Assembly: GCA_951406725.2 (NCBI GenBank)
Contig: OX597821.1
Location: 12,834,001-12,898,000 of the forward strand
From: Octopus vulgaris
Taxonomy: Eukaryota
Length of the DNA stretch: 64,000 bases
Reading direction: 5' to 3'
The notes beneath the pieces were generated by a model. That model had not been told where the DNA came from, ran no database searches, and saw nothing but the letters and a program-made list of their open reading frames with translations. A program made the position numbers and the translations under genes. Positions 40,931 to 55,622 of this stretch are shown in pieces. Within the stretch, counting starts at the first letter, position 1; each line of letters opens with the position of its first letter.

Positions 40931-41224
40931 AATATCATTGACCGCATAAGCATGAAAGTCACTACCACCTCCACAAAGACAATAATAACAACGTAAACAG
41001 CAACTGTGACTAATGGTAGTCAAACTTTAACAAATGCTGTATCATACGTATGTCTTTACTACGGAACCATTCATATTAATCTCTATCTTATTATTAAAGA
41101 AAGGAAGAAAATCGTTTCAAATAACGGCTTTGTTATAGAGAGTGCCACAACAATTTAACAGCAAACGCAAGGTGTGTTCCGGTTCAAGCCATAATGTTAA
41201 CTAAAAGAAAAACGTTAAAATGTT

Positions 41225-41686
41225 AGCTACATGTAGGCGTCGGTACCACCTCAGGAGGACTTCCAACCTGACTCGTCTTGTTGTTCTATCTCTCTTCGTA
41301 TACGTTTGTGGCCTCCCACCACACACAATAGACTCGCGGTTGTACGGGCGCGAAAGCTAAGTTGTTATCCTCATTCCATAAACGGTGGCTTTTAACTGGT
41401 GGAGAGCTGAACCATCCTGTGGCACAGGGGGTTAGCAATCTAGACCAGGGTCTGAAATTTACAACACCATAGTGGGTTACACCATGTTTTCCTCTGCTTT
41501 GGGGCAGAAGTAGCAAGAAAAAGTGAGAGAAAGTTGTGGTGAAAGAGCACAACGGGGTTCACCCCCCACCCCCACCTGAGCCTCGTGGAGCTAAGGTATT
41601 TTTGCTCAATGCCAGGTCTGGGAATCGAAACCGCGTACTTACGACCGCGAGTCCGCTGCCCTAACCACAGGGCCATTGCGCATCCA
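41225..41686 (-). mobile_element. tRNA-derived SINE family E
   Basis: Head gcgcaatggccctgtggttagggcagcggactcgcggtcg..ggtttcgattccc; same head at 63924-64000 (+). 3' boundary uncertain. Confidence 0.7.
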
Positions 41687-42290
41687 TGCAGTTGCTGCTA
41701 TCTCTATCATTCTTCTTGTCACTGGTAATGTACTTATTGATCTTGGTAGTGTTTTGCTATATCTCTTGGTGTAATTGTTACTGTTAGTTTTGCCGTTGTC
41801 ATTGTTTCCGTCATTTCACAATCATTGGAAAGCGGGAAGCTCAGTTTTGAATAGAAACCGAAAAGGGAAGTACGAACACACTCTGTGCATGTGTACATGG
41901 GATTCGAAAACAGAAGAGAAGAATAAAAACGCAATGCGCATGTCACATCTCGCAAAGCTTTCCAGCAATTTTCTTGTTGTTTTTGTACATGTTGTTCGCT
42001 TTGTCATATGCAAAGTTCTCCTCTTATTCGTCAACCGCCACCAATGTCTTTAAACTGGTGACGTTTGAGGTAAGAGGAATTACCACAATCCAGTGTCGTA
42101 TCTGATAAATATTTCGACTCACTACCAGTTCATATTGTGTGGGAAACAAGTGTTCTAATGTCACAATGTTTTCAATAATTGAAATTTGCAATAGTGCGAT
42201 ATATTTTGTTGTAAATGCATGCGACTTTAGGGCCTTCAGTTATTGAGCGCTTTTTTTTTTTACGAAATGACAAAAATATTAAAGAAAACA

Positions 42291-42450
42291 AGGAGTGGCT
42301 GTGTGGTAAGTAGCTTGCTAACCAACCACGTGGTTCTGGGTTCAGTCCCACTGCGTGGCATCTTGGGCAAGTGTCTTCTGCTATAGCCCCGGGCCGACCA
42401 ATACCTTGTGAGTGGATTTGGTAGACGGAAACTGAAAGAGGCCTGTCGTA

Positions 42451-42497
<47 letters not shown>

Positions 42498-42705
42498 GTG
42501 CCTGTGTTTGACCCCCTAGCATTGCTTGACAACCGATGCTGGTGTGTTTACGTCCCCGTCACCTAGCGGTTCGGCAAAAAGAGACCGATGGAATAAGTAC
42601 TGGGGTTACAAAGAATAAGTCCCGGGGTCGAGTTGCTCGACTAAAGGCGGTGCTCCAGCATGGCCGCAGTCAAATGACTGAAACGAGTAAAAGAGAGAAA
42701 AGAGA
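42291..42705 (+). mobile_element. SINE family A, near full length
   Basis: Matches 21521-21957. Confidence 0.9.
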
Positions 42706-42721
42706 TTTCTACCAGAGGGCT

Positions 42722-42752
<31 letters not shown>

Positions 42753-43053
42753 AAGGGCAGAAAATTTGTGGCTGAAGAGTACTCAATTAGATCGACATAA
42801 ATATTCTACTGGTACATATTTTGTCGAAATGGACAGGATGAAGGGCAACGTCAACCTTCGCGGTATTTCAACTCGAGATGTAAAGAAGGACGAAATCCCG
42901 CTCTTCAAATACTCTAAAGCATTTTCCGATGTTCTAACAATTCCGTCAACATGATGATGATTATGATGATGATGAAGATGATGATGATGATGGTAATAAT
43001 AATGATAGTAATAATAATAAATGTAGAAGTATTAGTAGTAGTAGCAGCAGCAG

Positions 43054-43084
<31 letters not shown>

Positions 43085-43096
43085 AATAATAATAAC

Positions 43097-43150
<54 letters not shown>

Positions 43151-43644
43151 TTCTCCTATAAGCACAAGGCTTGAAATTTTGGAGGAGGGAGTAAATCGAT
43201 TTCATCGACCCCGACCCGAAATATTGACAGGCAAAGTCGATCTCGGCCGAGCTTGAACAAGGGGCAAGTGGGATTTTTAAAAAAATACAGAAAGCGTTTA
43301 AATAATAAAAACAAAAATAAAACAAAATTCCCCATATAATGAGGAGTTCCAATCAGGCACCCACGAAGACGACTACCAAGGGCATGCCAGGTAGGTAGCT
43401 CTATTCCCCCCCTCACATGCTCCGGCTTGCAGACGAATATTCAGAGTAGGCCCATCCACGCGAGACATTTTCGCAACAAACTTATAGGGGAGCAGTACTT
43501 ACCTCTCTACCCTCACATTCCTTTTCTAAATGAACTTTGAAAAATCGATGAGGAATCGATCAAAGAGGAAAGTGTGTGTATTCAGTCCTTTCAACCTGGT
43601 CCACAATACAACCTCTTTCGCTACTGCTATCAGACAGAGGAAAA

Positions 43645-43673
43645 CCCTAACCCTAACCCTAACCCTAACCCTA
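43645..43673 (-). repeat. Interstitial telomere-type (TTAGGG)4.8
   Basis: ccctaa four times plus cccta, directly at the tail of a SINE A fragment. Confidence 0.85.
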
Positions 43674-43873
43674 CTCTTTACTCTTTAATCTTTTACTTGT
43701 TTCAGCCATTTGACTGTGGCCATGCTGGAGCACCGCCTTTAGTCGAGCAAATCGACCCTAGGACTTATTCTTTGTAAGCCTAGTACTTACTCTATCGGTC
43801 CCTTTTGCTGAACCGCTAAGTTACGGGAACGTAAACACACCAGCATCGGTTGTCAAGCGATGTTGGGGAGACA
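43674..43873 (-). mobile_element. SINE family A, 3' half, inserted in the Tx1 element
   Basis: Family A tail and body without the head. Confidence 0.85.
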
Positions 43874-46800
43874 ATGTATGGCGGAGAATCGATCTTCAGT
43901 ATAGACTCGGTCGATAGCTGGAACCGTTCTAAACGTGATAACAGCTGTTCAACATAACTCCACGAGTCAGTAATGCACGGCAACTAGACGAGTGCGTGCA
44001 AAGCGTTTTCGTCGCTCTGCGCGCATCTCGAGCAGGTCCGTCTCACAGCAATTCTATGCCTGTAGAGTTTATCTCAAACCGGAAGTGCCAAGCTAGGAAT
44101 TTCCGGAAGCTATCCATCGTCCCGGCCCGAAAGTCCTCCTGAACAGACTGGTCAGTTCGACCTCGTCTATGGCTAGCGCCTCTCCGAGTTAGTCATCGCT
44201 CTTTCCCTCCATTGACCCTTTATAGAACTTGAGGGTGGATGATCCACTGCTTGCATTGCCCGACTCGTAAAGCACAGTGAGTGCCTGGCAACACTCCAGA
44301 TGCCAGTTACCCTGTCTCAGTCTCTTCTTGACCCAGGACTGCAGCTTACTTACTGATACGAACTGGGGAATGGCTTGTTTGACAAACAGCGACCGCACTA
44401 GTTCACCGTTTAGGCAGAATATCTGGAGATACTGCAGCGCTTGTCTGCACATCATTAATCACAGTATGCCCAGCCCTCCGCGTAGAGAGTGCAGGCAGCT
44501 CCAACGAACCTGTCCCCACCCCACAAGAATTTGAAGAGGAGTCGCTCCAACTTGGTGAGGCGCGAACGGGGCTAAGGCACGGCGATCAAGCGGTAATAGA
44601 TGACGGACACGATGTACACATTTGCCACTTCCGCCTGACTTATCAGTAACAGCGTCCTCGCAGCATATTTCCGTCTGAAATTGCCTACCCTGCTCACCAC
44701 TTCGTCCCAATCTTATCCATCTGGAGGTCTGGTACGAACCAAAACCCAAGCAACTTTGCCGGCAGGTCCGTCCAGCGCCCAACAACGCTGTTGCACGGCA
44801 TGAATTTTCCTCTCTGGATGCCAAGTTGCAAGCCAACCCACTTTTCTAGCTTAAGTTCTGCTCCTGTCAACTTCCTCCAATGATGTGCCGACCACCTCTA
44901 TTTCTGAGTAGTCCGACACCATCACGGTGATGTCGTCAGAATAAGCCGACACAGCTCTTCAGTAAAAGCTCAAGAGTCAATACGTACAGAAGGGGGGAGA
45001 GTGGGCACCCTTGATGGACTGTACGTGAGATGTGAAAAAGTTCCGAGAAGTGGCTATTACCTTTGACTACCGAGCAGATGCAGCGGTCCAACTTCTGAAG
45101 ATGGGGCAGAAGCCAGCCGCCTTGACCAGAACCTCCAGCTACCGATGGTTGACCCAATGAATTACTTTAGATTGATCAAAATTTATCAGCGCCTCACCAA
45201 AACCAGGTTTGCACCCCACTCTTTCTATGATGCATCGCATGAGGTGGAGGTTGTCGTGTATGGACCTGGTTGGGATTGCCCAGGTTTGCACCTCTCTGAC
45301 GAAATCCTCGACGACAAGCGCCAACCTCTTCGGGAACACTTTGGCCAAAATCTTAAACTCTGTGTTAAATAGTGTTATGGGCCTAAAGTTATCTAATGTG
45401 TCCCTCTTGTTTTCATCTTTCCTTATCATCGTCACATCACTCCGGCTCACAGAACTTGGAATACACCCGTTTTGCTGCCAGTTGCAGTAGAGAGCCTTGA
45501 TGAGATCAGAGAACAAGTCTGTCAGGCATATTTACGAAAAGCTTGTAGAACAGACCATTTAAACTGGGTGAATTGCGCCTCGTCCAGCCGACAAGGGTAT
45601 CCGGAATTTCTGCTGAAGTTCGGCTTATCTCAGCGCTCAGCTTCGGCCGTCGAGAGACACGCCAAGCCGTGTAGGTACGGACTGAAGTCATTACCATCTC
45701 CTCCCCGCCACTTTTCGAGCAAAGTGCTGGCGAAAGGCCTCACACATCTGCCTGGAATCGCTCAGAAGTGTCCGTCTCGGTCTGTCAACGTTGGAATCAT
45801 GCTTTTCTTACTACGCTGCACCGCCGCCACTCGGGACCATGGAATAGCTTGATCCCCTCGTTTCTTAGAGCACGCACCTTGGCTCTGACAATGTATCCTT
45901 CATGTCTTGCATTGAAGAACTGCTCTAATGCCATTCTTGCTGCCAGCACGTCGGTTGCAATGCCACAACAAATAGCCTCGTCTAATTTAGCTACTGACCC
46001 CTCCTCCTTCGTTGACTATAGTGGTGATGGTTTTGTTGTTATTTCGGTTGTGTCTATGTGTGCTCTGAGTGTGGGACCTGCAGTTTAAGATGCAATGGTG
46101 TTGGTTGTGTTGATGTTGGTGTTATTGAGGAGACGTTTGCGTGGGTGGTGTTTGTACTTTTTATTGTGAAGGCCACGGTAGAACGTTGCTCCCTTTTCGC
46201 TGCTGCTTCCGGGAATATGATTTGTTGCTGCCGGGAATAGTCTCGTTGTTGTTGTTGTTGTTGCTGCTGCTGTAGTTGTTGCTGCTGTTGCTTCTGCTAC
46301 AGTTGTTGTAGTTGTTTTGTCGATGCTGGTGTTGGCTTTGTTACTGTTGCTGTTGTCACTTTTGCTACTGTTGTTGCCATGGCTACTGCCTCTGCTGTTG
46401 CTACTACTAATGCTGCTGCTGCTGCTGTTGCTACTGTTGTTGTCGCTGCTACTACTGCTGTTACTACGAGGTGTACTTTGTACTATTAAAGTCCCGTTTG
46501 TCTCCTCCCTTCACCTCAATTACTGCCAGTAACGGAGATTAGTGAGAGGGGGCAATTTTCTTTTATCTCAACTCTTTCAAGACTCGCTCCGCCATCTTGT
46601 TGAGTTCTGTTTCATTAATTTAAATCAAATTAGACGCCCAACAAATTTATTTAGTGGGCCGAAAATAACCCCTCCAGGGCGAAGCAACTATAAAAAACCA
46701 GTAAATAGATTCTTGCTGTTTCTATTGACAACTTGGAATAAAATGAATAATGCAATAAAGCACAAAAAATGTTTTAAGCTGCACTAAACTGGAGCGTTTG

Positions 46801-46885
46801 AAAACACCTCCTATGTATTGACCCTTGAATATTATTATTACTATTAATAATGATAACAAAAACAACAGCAACAACAACAACAATG

Positions 46886-46944
<59 letters not shown>

Positions 46945-46957
46945 CATCATCATACTT

Positions 46958-48609
46958 GAGGTATACCTGAAGTAAAACAACAGCTAAAGATAGAGATCCT
47001 GCACAAGGCAAAATAATCCACCGGTGTGGGAAACGCCAATGTTTCTTTGAACAAAACAAACAGTTCAACTGAAGCCCCAAAAGATTCTACCAAGAACTTG
47101 ACAAAAGTGAGATCAATGCAGCACCAACAGCATGAACAACTATGAGCCGATATAACAACTTAAGAAGTCACCCCAAAACTGAGCAACTGGAAGGAACCTG
47201 GGCACGACAAGATCTCCAACTTCAGGTTAGAATACCTAACAGGGACACATAAAAAGCTAACTGAGAAATTTAATGAAATACTAGCACAATGAAATATTAG
47301 GGACAATGCCTGAATGGTTCACGGAAGGGAATTCTCAATTCTCGGATCTACTGAAACGGCAAATCCACAAAATTGCGGACCGCAAACTAATCTCCCTACA
47401 ATTTACAAATCCTTTACTGCAATAATATCACAGACAAAGAGCAATAATCTGCAAGAAAACAAACTGTTTCTAGAAGCGCCGAGGGGACGCTGCAAGTGCT
47501 CATACGGTTGTAAAGATCAGCTACTGATCGATATACCCATAACAGAAGACAGCCACAGAAAGGAGAAGGGTCTAAGTACGGCCTGGATCGATTACCGAAA
47601 GGCTTTTGATAGTATTCTCCACACATGGATCCTAGAAACACTAGCCATGAACAAGGTAGCACCAATAATCATAAAATATATAAAGCATTCCATGAATAAA
47701 TGTCAGACAGTGCTACATCGCTAGACAAAATCGGGATTCATAAAAACTAAAGCCATCCCCATCAGAGGAGGAATATTCCAGTGAGGCACACTCTCTCCAC
47801 TTGTTTTCTCCTCGCAACTGACACATTTATCTGCCATGCTAAACAGAACTGGATGTGGATACAACTGCTACGGCAAATCAATCAGCAACCTCTTATATAT
47901 GGGTGATCTAAAACTGTATGCTACACTGATAAACAGCTAGAGACACTACTACAGACAGCACATGACTTTACCAAGGAAATAAACATGAAATTTGAACTAG
48001 AAAATGTGTCAAAGCAACACTGAAAAGAGGAAAACTAGCTAAGAGTAGCATCACACGAGAAAAAGCAAATGAAATAAGAGAATTAGACCAAATTCAGACG
48101 TACAGATTTTTAGGAATCAATGAACTAGATACGATAAAACACACACAAATGGAGAGAAGATAGGAAAATAATACTACAGAGGAGTTAGATTAATACTGGA
48201 AACAGAACCTAATGCGAAAAACAAGCTATCAACACTCTAGCCGTCCCAGTTATAAGTTACAGCTACAATATTCTTAGCTAGACACTAAATGAACTAATCG
48301 AAATAGACAAGAAAACAAGAAAAATAATGACAGGATTTAGGATGCACCACTCAAAATCTGACGTAGAAATGTTATATATACAACGTATCGAAGGTGGTAG
48401 AGGCGTTATACAGCTACAATACTATTACAAAATAGCTACCATATGACTACAGAAATGCCTACATCAGAAGCAACGAAAACTAATGCAAATAGTTGTGATG
48501 CATGTGCCTGGTGTAACCTTATTAGACGGGTGGTCATAATGGGCATATTGGGATTTGTATATTTGTAACCCAGTGTCACTTTGATGGCATGCGCTGCTCT
48601 CTCACTCAC
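46958..48609 (+). mobile_element. Degraded R4/Dong-like LINE RT fragment fused to the 3' end of the 560-bp element
   Basis: GCKDQLLID, AWIDYRKAFDSI, RGIFQ, LLYMGDLKLYA, RIEGGRG. From about 48492 the sequence matches 7591-7705; (TAA)n flanks. Confidence 0.85.
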
Positions 48610-48676
48610 TAATAATAATAATAATAATAATAATAACAATAATAATAATAATAATAATAATGATAATAATAATAAT

Positions 48677-51392
48677 CTCCCCTTGATGACCATGATACTA
48701 TAAAAAGTAGAATAATCAAAGAACTGAAAACCATAGAGCTCAAAATGGACCACCGACCATACCTCCCAAAAATCAAAATAGACAAAACAACAACAACAAT
48801 TATAAACAGCATAAACCTAGCCGTCGCGGAACTAATAGCCACTGACACAAAAAGCGATATCACTGAGCTAAATGACTTAGTATACGCAGCAGCCACTGCA
48901 GTCACAAAAGAAGCTGGATACTCATTCAAACCCATCCAAACAGGTGTACTAGCACCCAAACAAACCCTATGGATAAATAACATCCAAAACAAAATACAAA
49001 AAATGAGAAAATATCTGTCGATTCTTAATAAAATCATTGACAATCAACACTACTGAGCAACAAAAAGAGAACAAAAATACTCCGCAATTACAACATCACA
49101 GAAAAAGATTTACCTGAGATAAAAGAACAGCTAAAGCAAGATATCCTTGCCAAAGCACAAAGGATCCGCCGGTAAGAGAAACGCCAACGTTTCTTTGAGC
49201 AAAACAAAAAGTTCAACTCCAACCCCAAAAAGTTCTACCAAGAACTTGGCAAAAATAAAATAGAAATCACTGCAGCGCCAACGGCAGAAGAATTGGAAGA
49301 ATTCTGGAGAGAAATATGGTCGGCGAACGAACAACCAAAAAAAAGGAGTATTAAAACAACAAATTCAGCATCTGAGCAACTTTGGACCTCCATAACAACT
49401 GAAGAGGTCACCCAGGCACTACAAAGACTAAGCAACTGGAGGGCACCTGGTCATGACAAGATCCCCAAATTCTGGTTGAAATATCTAACAGGTATGCACA
49501 AAAAGCTGGCTGAAAACTTTAACAACATACTAGCAGAGCTAGAGACAATGCCTGAATGGCAACTCCAAACAAAAGAGTGACTCATGAAAACCAAAGCCAA
49601 CCCCGTTAGGAGAGGAATATTCCAGTGAGACACGCTCTCTCCACTCCTTTTCTGCTTGGCAATGTCACCTCTATCTGGTATGCTAAATAGAACTGGATGC
49701 GGATATAAATGTTACGGCAAAACTATCATTTACCTTTTATATATGGATGACCTAAAACTATACGCTGCAAATGACAAACAGCTGGAAACACTATTAAAGA
49801 CAGTTCATGGATTTACCAAAGAAATAAATACGAAATTTGGATTAGAAAAATGCGCCAAAGTAACCATGAAAAGAGGAAAACTAGTTAAGATTAGCAACAT
49901 CACACTAGATAAAACAAATGAAATAAAAGAATTAGACCAAAGCCAAACTTACAAATACTTAGGAATCCATGAACTAGATAAGACACAACACACACAAACG
50001 AAAGAGAAAATAAAAAAGAATATTATAGACGAGTTAGATCAATACTGAAAACAGAGCTCAATGCTAAAAACAAGATAATAGGTATTAACACTTTAGCTGT
50101 CCCAGTTATATTTACAGTTATAATATCCTTAATTGGACACTAAATGAACTGACTAAAATTATTAAGAAAACAAGAAAAATAATGAAAGGATCTAGGATGC
50201 ATTACCTAAAATCTGACATAGAAAGACTATATATACAACGTATAGAAGGTGGTAGAGGCCTTATACAGCTGGAAAACTACTATAAAATAACCACCATAGG
50301 ACTGCAAAAATATCTACTTCAGAAGGAAGGAAAACTAATACAAATAGCGGCAAAACACGAGCAAAACAAAAAACTGTTCTCAGTATTTAAGGAAGCTGAC
50401 AAATACAAACAAGAAATCATACCACCTAATAAATATGAAGAAGAATAAGAAGAAGATGAAGAAACAACAAAAGCTATAAATCAAATGAAATCCAAACTAA
50501 AACTAGAACAGCAAAGAACCATGATAACACGATGGCAAGAAAAGCCCCTTCATTTTAAATACTGGACTAAACTAAATGCAAAAGAAATAGACAAAGAAAA
50601 ATCCCAGCAATGGTTGAAACGCTCAGGACTCGAAACAGAGACAGAGGGATTTTTAATTGCAGCACAAGACCAAAGCCTCCCCACCAGAAATTACCAAAAA
50701 CATGTAAAGAAAAGAAATATAACAAGTAACTGCATAATATGTGGTGATGGACAAGAAAAAATATATATTATCTCTGGCTATCCAGTCCTGACTAAGAAGG
50801 AATATATTCACAGACACGACAGAGTTGGGACCTATATACACTGGAAGCTATGCCAACATTATGGAATAACAACAGAAAAACTATGGTATAGGCACACACC
50901 AGAAAAGGTCACAGAAAAAGAGAAAGCAACCATACTCTGGGATATGCCGATACACACAGATAGAGAAATTAAGGTCAACAGACTACATATAGTTGTCAGA
51001 GATCATGAAGAAAAAATACTTTCTAATTGATGTATCAATACCGGCAGATGACAACGTGTCTCTAAAAGAAATGGAGAAACTCTCAAAATACAAAGACCTG
51101 GAAATAGAGGTAACCAGAATGTGGAATCTAAAAACAGAAACAATTCCTATCATAGTAGGTGCATTAGGCATGATAAAAAAATATTCAGACAAATACATAA
51201 CAAAAACACCAGGACTTACAAACACATATAACATACAGAAAATTGCACTACTAGGCACTGCACACATCCTACGCAGAAGACTTTCCATACAATAACCATC
51301 AGAGCATCACAACAAATCACAGCACATGCCCAAGGCACACAGAGCTGCGCTCGGTAGTGAAGTGAAAGCACGCTATAAAAATAAAACTACTG
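48677..51392 (+). mobile_element. R4/Dong-like LINE, 5'-truncated, internally deleted, with stops and frameshifts
   Basis: WRAPGHDKI, LLYMDDLKLYA, FGLEKCA, YKYLG, IAAQDQSL, CIICG, RHD, EKLSKYKDL, IIVGALG. About 400 bp of RT missing at about 49560; (TAA)n on both sides. Confidence 0.92.
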
Positions 51393-51591
<199 letters not shown>

Positions 51592-51677
51592 TAATAATAA
51601 TGATGATGATGATGATCAGAAGAAGAAGAATGATAATGATAATAATAATAAAAACAATAGCAATGATGATGATGATC

Positions 51678-51723
<46 letters not shown>

Positions 51724-52089
51724 CGACGACGATGATGATGATGATATTCTATGATCCACTAGGGCAGAGATGGAGACATCACAAGAAAAAACAATGATCT
51801 GTTTTGGGATTCACATAAAGGATGTGGAGAAAAAATTGAAATGACGATCGAATGCGATGAAAATAGATTCAGTATACCATGCATGGGATAACATGAATGT
51901 TAGAAACCTCCTGGTGCATGAGAAACTCCAGTTAGGGCCAATCAAGTAACCTCAGATCCGGATTACGCTGACAACCATAGGCACGAGCCTCTTCCGGTCT
52001 ACAGGTGCATAGAATAAAGTCGTTCACTCTAACAATTTTTGCCTCAGTCACACATCTTTTCACAACAATAATAACAGCAATAACAAACC

Positions 52090-52262
52090 TTTTTTCTATA
52101 GGCACAAGGCCTGAAATTTTGGGGAGGAGCGGGGCCGATCGATTAGTTCGACCCCAATACGCAACTGGTATTTAATTTACCAACCCTGAAAGGATGAAAG
52201 GCAATGTTGACTTCGGTGTAATTTGAACTCAGAACGTAAAGGCGGACGAAAAGCAAAGTATT
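52090..52262 (-). mobile_element. SINE family B, diverged copy
   Basis: gaaaggatgaaaggcaatgttgacttcggtgtaatttgaactcagaacg. Confidence 0.75.
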
Positions 52263-52305
52263 CCACCAGCTCAAAGCCTTAATAATAATAATGATGATGA
52301 TGATG

Positions 52306-52342
<37 letters not shown>

Positions 52343-52344
52343 TG

Positions 52345-52408
<64 letters not shown>

Positions 52409-52439
52409 TAATAATTATAATAATAATAACAATAATAAT

Positions 52440-52489
<50 letters not shown>

Positions 52490-52521
52490 TAATAATTATA
52501 ATAATAATATTAATAATAATG

Positions 52522-52567
<46 letters not shown>

Positions 52568-53039
52568 TAATAATTATAATAATAATATTAATAATAATGA
52601 TAATAATAATCACAGCCTTCATTATACTCATACTCATCGTTATCATTCTGTTTAATGTCAGCATTATTACCATCTTCATCCTCTTTGAGATTTCCATCAT
52701 TATCAGTAGCAGCATCTGCTGCTGCAGAGGCCTCAGCAGCTCTACGACTGTCATGATTTTGCTTGAACACCAAGACCACACCTCACAATCATGGAATGAA
52801 GTGCTGCACCCATTATCAAAGAAAACAACTAAATTTTGCCAACTCTTCAAACAGAGCACTCTCTCCACACACACACACACATACACACACACACACACAC
52901 ACGCACACACACATTCATAATTGTTACGCAGCCTCCAGCCTCCATCTTCATCCATCTTCCCACTTAATTAAAGTTGCTGTTTCTTTTGAAGATCAAGTAA
53001 TTTAGTCAATCAAATAGCATCGCCTGTCATGCTGCAATG

Positions 53040-53855
53040 TTTCCTTTCTTTTCTCTTCATCTTCCTTTCTCTCTTTCCCTCTCTCTCTCTCTCTCTCTCT
53101 TTCTTTCTCTCTCCCTTTCTTTTTCTCTCTCACTATCACTCACTCGCTCTCGCTCTCTCTTTCTCTCTCATACACAGATACACATACACCTATATACATT
53201 CGTTTTTCTTTCATTCTCTTTGTCTTTCTCTCCCTCTCTCATTCTCTCCCTCTCCCTCTCTTTCTCTCCATCTCTGTCTGTGGATCTGTCTCTCTGTTTC
53301 TCTCTATCTCTCTCTCTCTATCTCCCTCAGTTTTTCTTTGTATATTTCTCAATATCCTTCAGTCTCTCTCCTTGTCTTTTTGTCTCTATCTGCGACTTTC
53401 GTTGTCTCTCTCCTTCTCTCACCCTCTCTCTCTTTCTCTTACTCTCTCTCTATCTTTTTCTCTCTATCCCCACTCTCTTTTTATTTATCTATCTCTATAT
53501 CTATCTGTGCCCCTCTCGCTCTCTCTCCCCATCTCTGTCTGTCTCTTTTTCTGCCTCACCCTCTTTCTTTGTCTGACTCTTTATGTCTCTGACTCTCTTT
53601 CTTTCTCTGACTCTCTATCCCCTCTCTATCACAATCAATCTGTGATCTCCCTCACTCCCCGACCCACTTTCCCCCTTTCAGATATTCTCTCTCCCTGTCC
53701 CCTCTCCACCCTCTCTGTCTTCTCTCTCACCCTCTTTTTCCTCCTCTCTTTCCTCCTCTCCGGCCATTTTTTGTCCCTCTCTCTCACCACCTCTGTCTCT
53801 CCATCCACCTCTCTCTGTCAGTCATTTATTTTCCCTCTGATTTCTGCCTTCTGAC
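53040..53855. repeat. About 800-bp degenerate (CT)n polypyrimidine tract
   Basis: Directly visible. Confidence 0.9.
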
Positions 53856-54044
53856 GCTGTTCACAAACACACACATATAAGAAATATTTCGGGAAACATT
53901 ACACATCATTTCAAAAGTCTTTTACTGAGGTTCATCATATTTTCATTTCTGACATATGTTCAATCAATGTTTATTCTATACACTTAGCTAAAATTTTAGT
54001 AAATATTTGAGAAGTTTGCAGCAAAATTTCTTTTTGTAATTAAG

Positions 54045-54260
54045 AGAGCTGTGGTAATAGGGTAAGATGTTTGCTTCCCACAACGTGGTTCCTGGCTCAG
54101 TCACACTGCATGGCACCTAGGGCAGTCGTCGACAGCTATAGCTTTGAGCTGACCAAAGCTTTGATTCTATTTGGTAGGCGGAAACTGAACAAAGCCCGTT
54201 GTATAAAAGTGTGTATATATATCTGTGTGTGTTTGTGTGTGTGCGCGTGTGTGAGTGCGT
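54045..54260 (+). mobile_element. SINE family A, strongly degraded head
   Basis: tggttcctggctcagtcacactgcatggcacc..tttggtaggcggaaactgaa. Confidence 0.6.
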
Positions 54261-55324
54261 GTGTGTGTATTTGTGTGAGTGTTATGTATAAGTGGAAATT
54301 TCTTTCTCTTTGACTTTTATCATTTTACTGCCTAAACAAGCTAACCAATTTTTACCAAACTTTGAATACAGGATAAACTAACAACCAGGTCATGAATAGC
54401 CTGATTGGATTTCAATAAAAATGTATAATGTGCTCCTAAGTGGGGTTGGCCGAATTATATGATAAAATGAGAAGGGTACAAAGACTAGTAGAGTGAAGGA
54501 AATATGGCGAAAGAGAGCGGGTTACAGATATCAGGTAAGGGGAGGACATCACACTGACAAATATGGAATGGCAATGGTAACGTTGATACAGCTGTCATGT
54601 GACGCTGCATACATACTTTCGTAAATACACAGATACATGCATACACACACATACACACGCACATAATCACACCCGCACACAAACACACACACACCCACAC
54701 GCATATACATACACACACATACACACACACATATATATATATATACATATTACATACATATATATGTCTACTATACACCATTTTAAGCTGGTGATTACCT
54801 GTCTGTACGTATGTAAATGTGTGTGTATGTGTGTGTATGTGCGTGTGTGTTTATCTGTGTCACGTCCTATAACTGTCTCTCTCTCCACTTTTGTAGGGTC
54901 TTTTCTGTTGCTGTCCCATAGTGTAAGATTAAAATTACGTCAGAATTTTCAAATTTGCTACTTCCCGTCTAAAATTCGATCTTGTTATTTAGCTGTTCCA
55001 GAAACTTAAAGATATTTCTGTGATTTAAAGTTTAATCACTTTTACCTAATCAGAAAACAGGATTTGGAAGCTGGCATTTTGTACATGATAGCTGCCTACC
55101 ACAAAATGAATTCAAAATCATCATTATGAGGAGGAATTTTTATGAAACAAACGAAAGCAAAGCATTACTGCGACCAAAGTTGTATGAACTTCTCTAGCTT
55201 AATAAGTTTTAATGAATAAGTCATGTGAAACGACCGAACAGACAAGTACGTAACTTTAAAAAGAAAAAAAATCCTCAACGACGCAGTTTTGCGAAAAAAT
55301 GCACAAACCTGTCCTGTCGGGGAA

Positions 55325-55622
55325 GGCCGACCAATGCCTTGTGAGTGGATTTGGTAGACGGAGACTGAAAGAAGCCTGTCGTATATATGTATATATATGT
55401 ATATGTATGTGTGTGTATGTGTTTGTGTGTCTGTGTTTGTCCCCCTAGCATTGCTTGACAACCGATGCTGGTGTGTTTATGTCCCCGTCACTTAGCGGTT
55501 CTGCAAAAGAGACCGATAGAATAAGTATTGGACTTACAAAGAATAAGTCCCGGGGTCGATTTGCTCGACTAAAGGCGGTGCTCCAGCATGGCCGCAGTCA
55601 AATGACTGAAACAAGTAAAAGG
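55325..55622 (+). mobile_element. SINE family A, 5'-truncated
   Basis: Starts at ggccgaccaatgcc; intact tail. Confidence 0.88.

Larger units (their letters stand above)
43290..46010 (-). mobile_element. Degraded Tx1/L1-clade LINE (RT, zinc knuckle, C-terminus, 3' UTR)
   Basis: NFRPITLFNTEFKILAK, RSIHDNL, FDQSK, VHQGCPLSPLLYVL, CSRCAQSDENALHA, EVVLWTRLKGL; many frameshifts. Possible 5' end near caagatggcgg at about 46580. Confidence 0.85.

Noticed and set aside
48677-51392. Intact autonomous LINE
   Set aside because: Stops, frameshifts and loss of about 400 bp of RT mean it cannot encode a functional protein.
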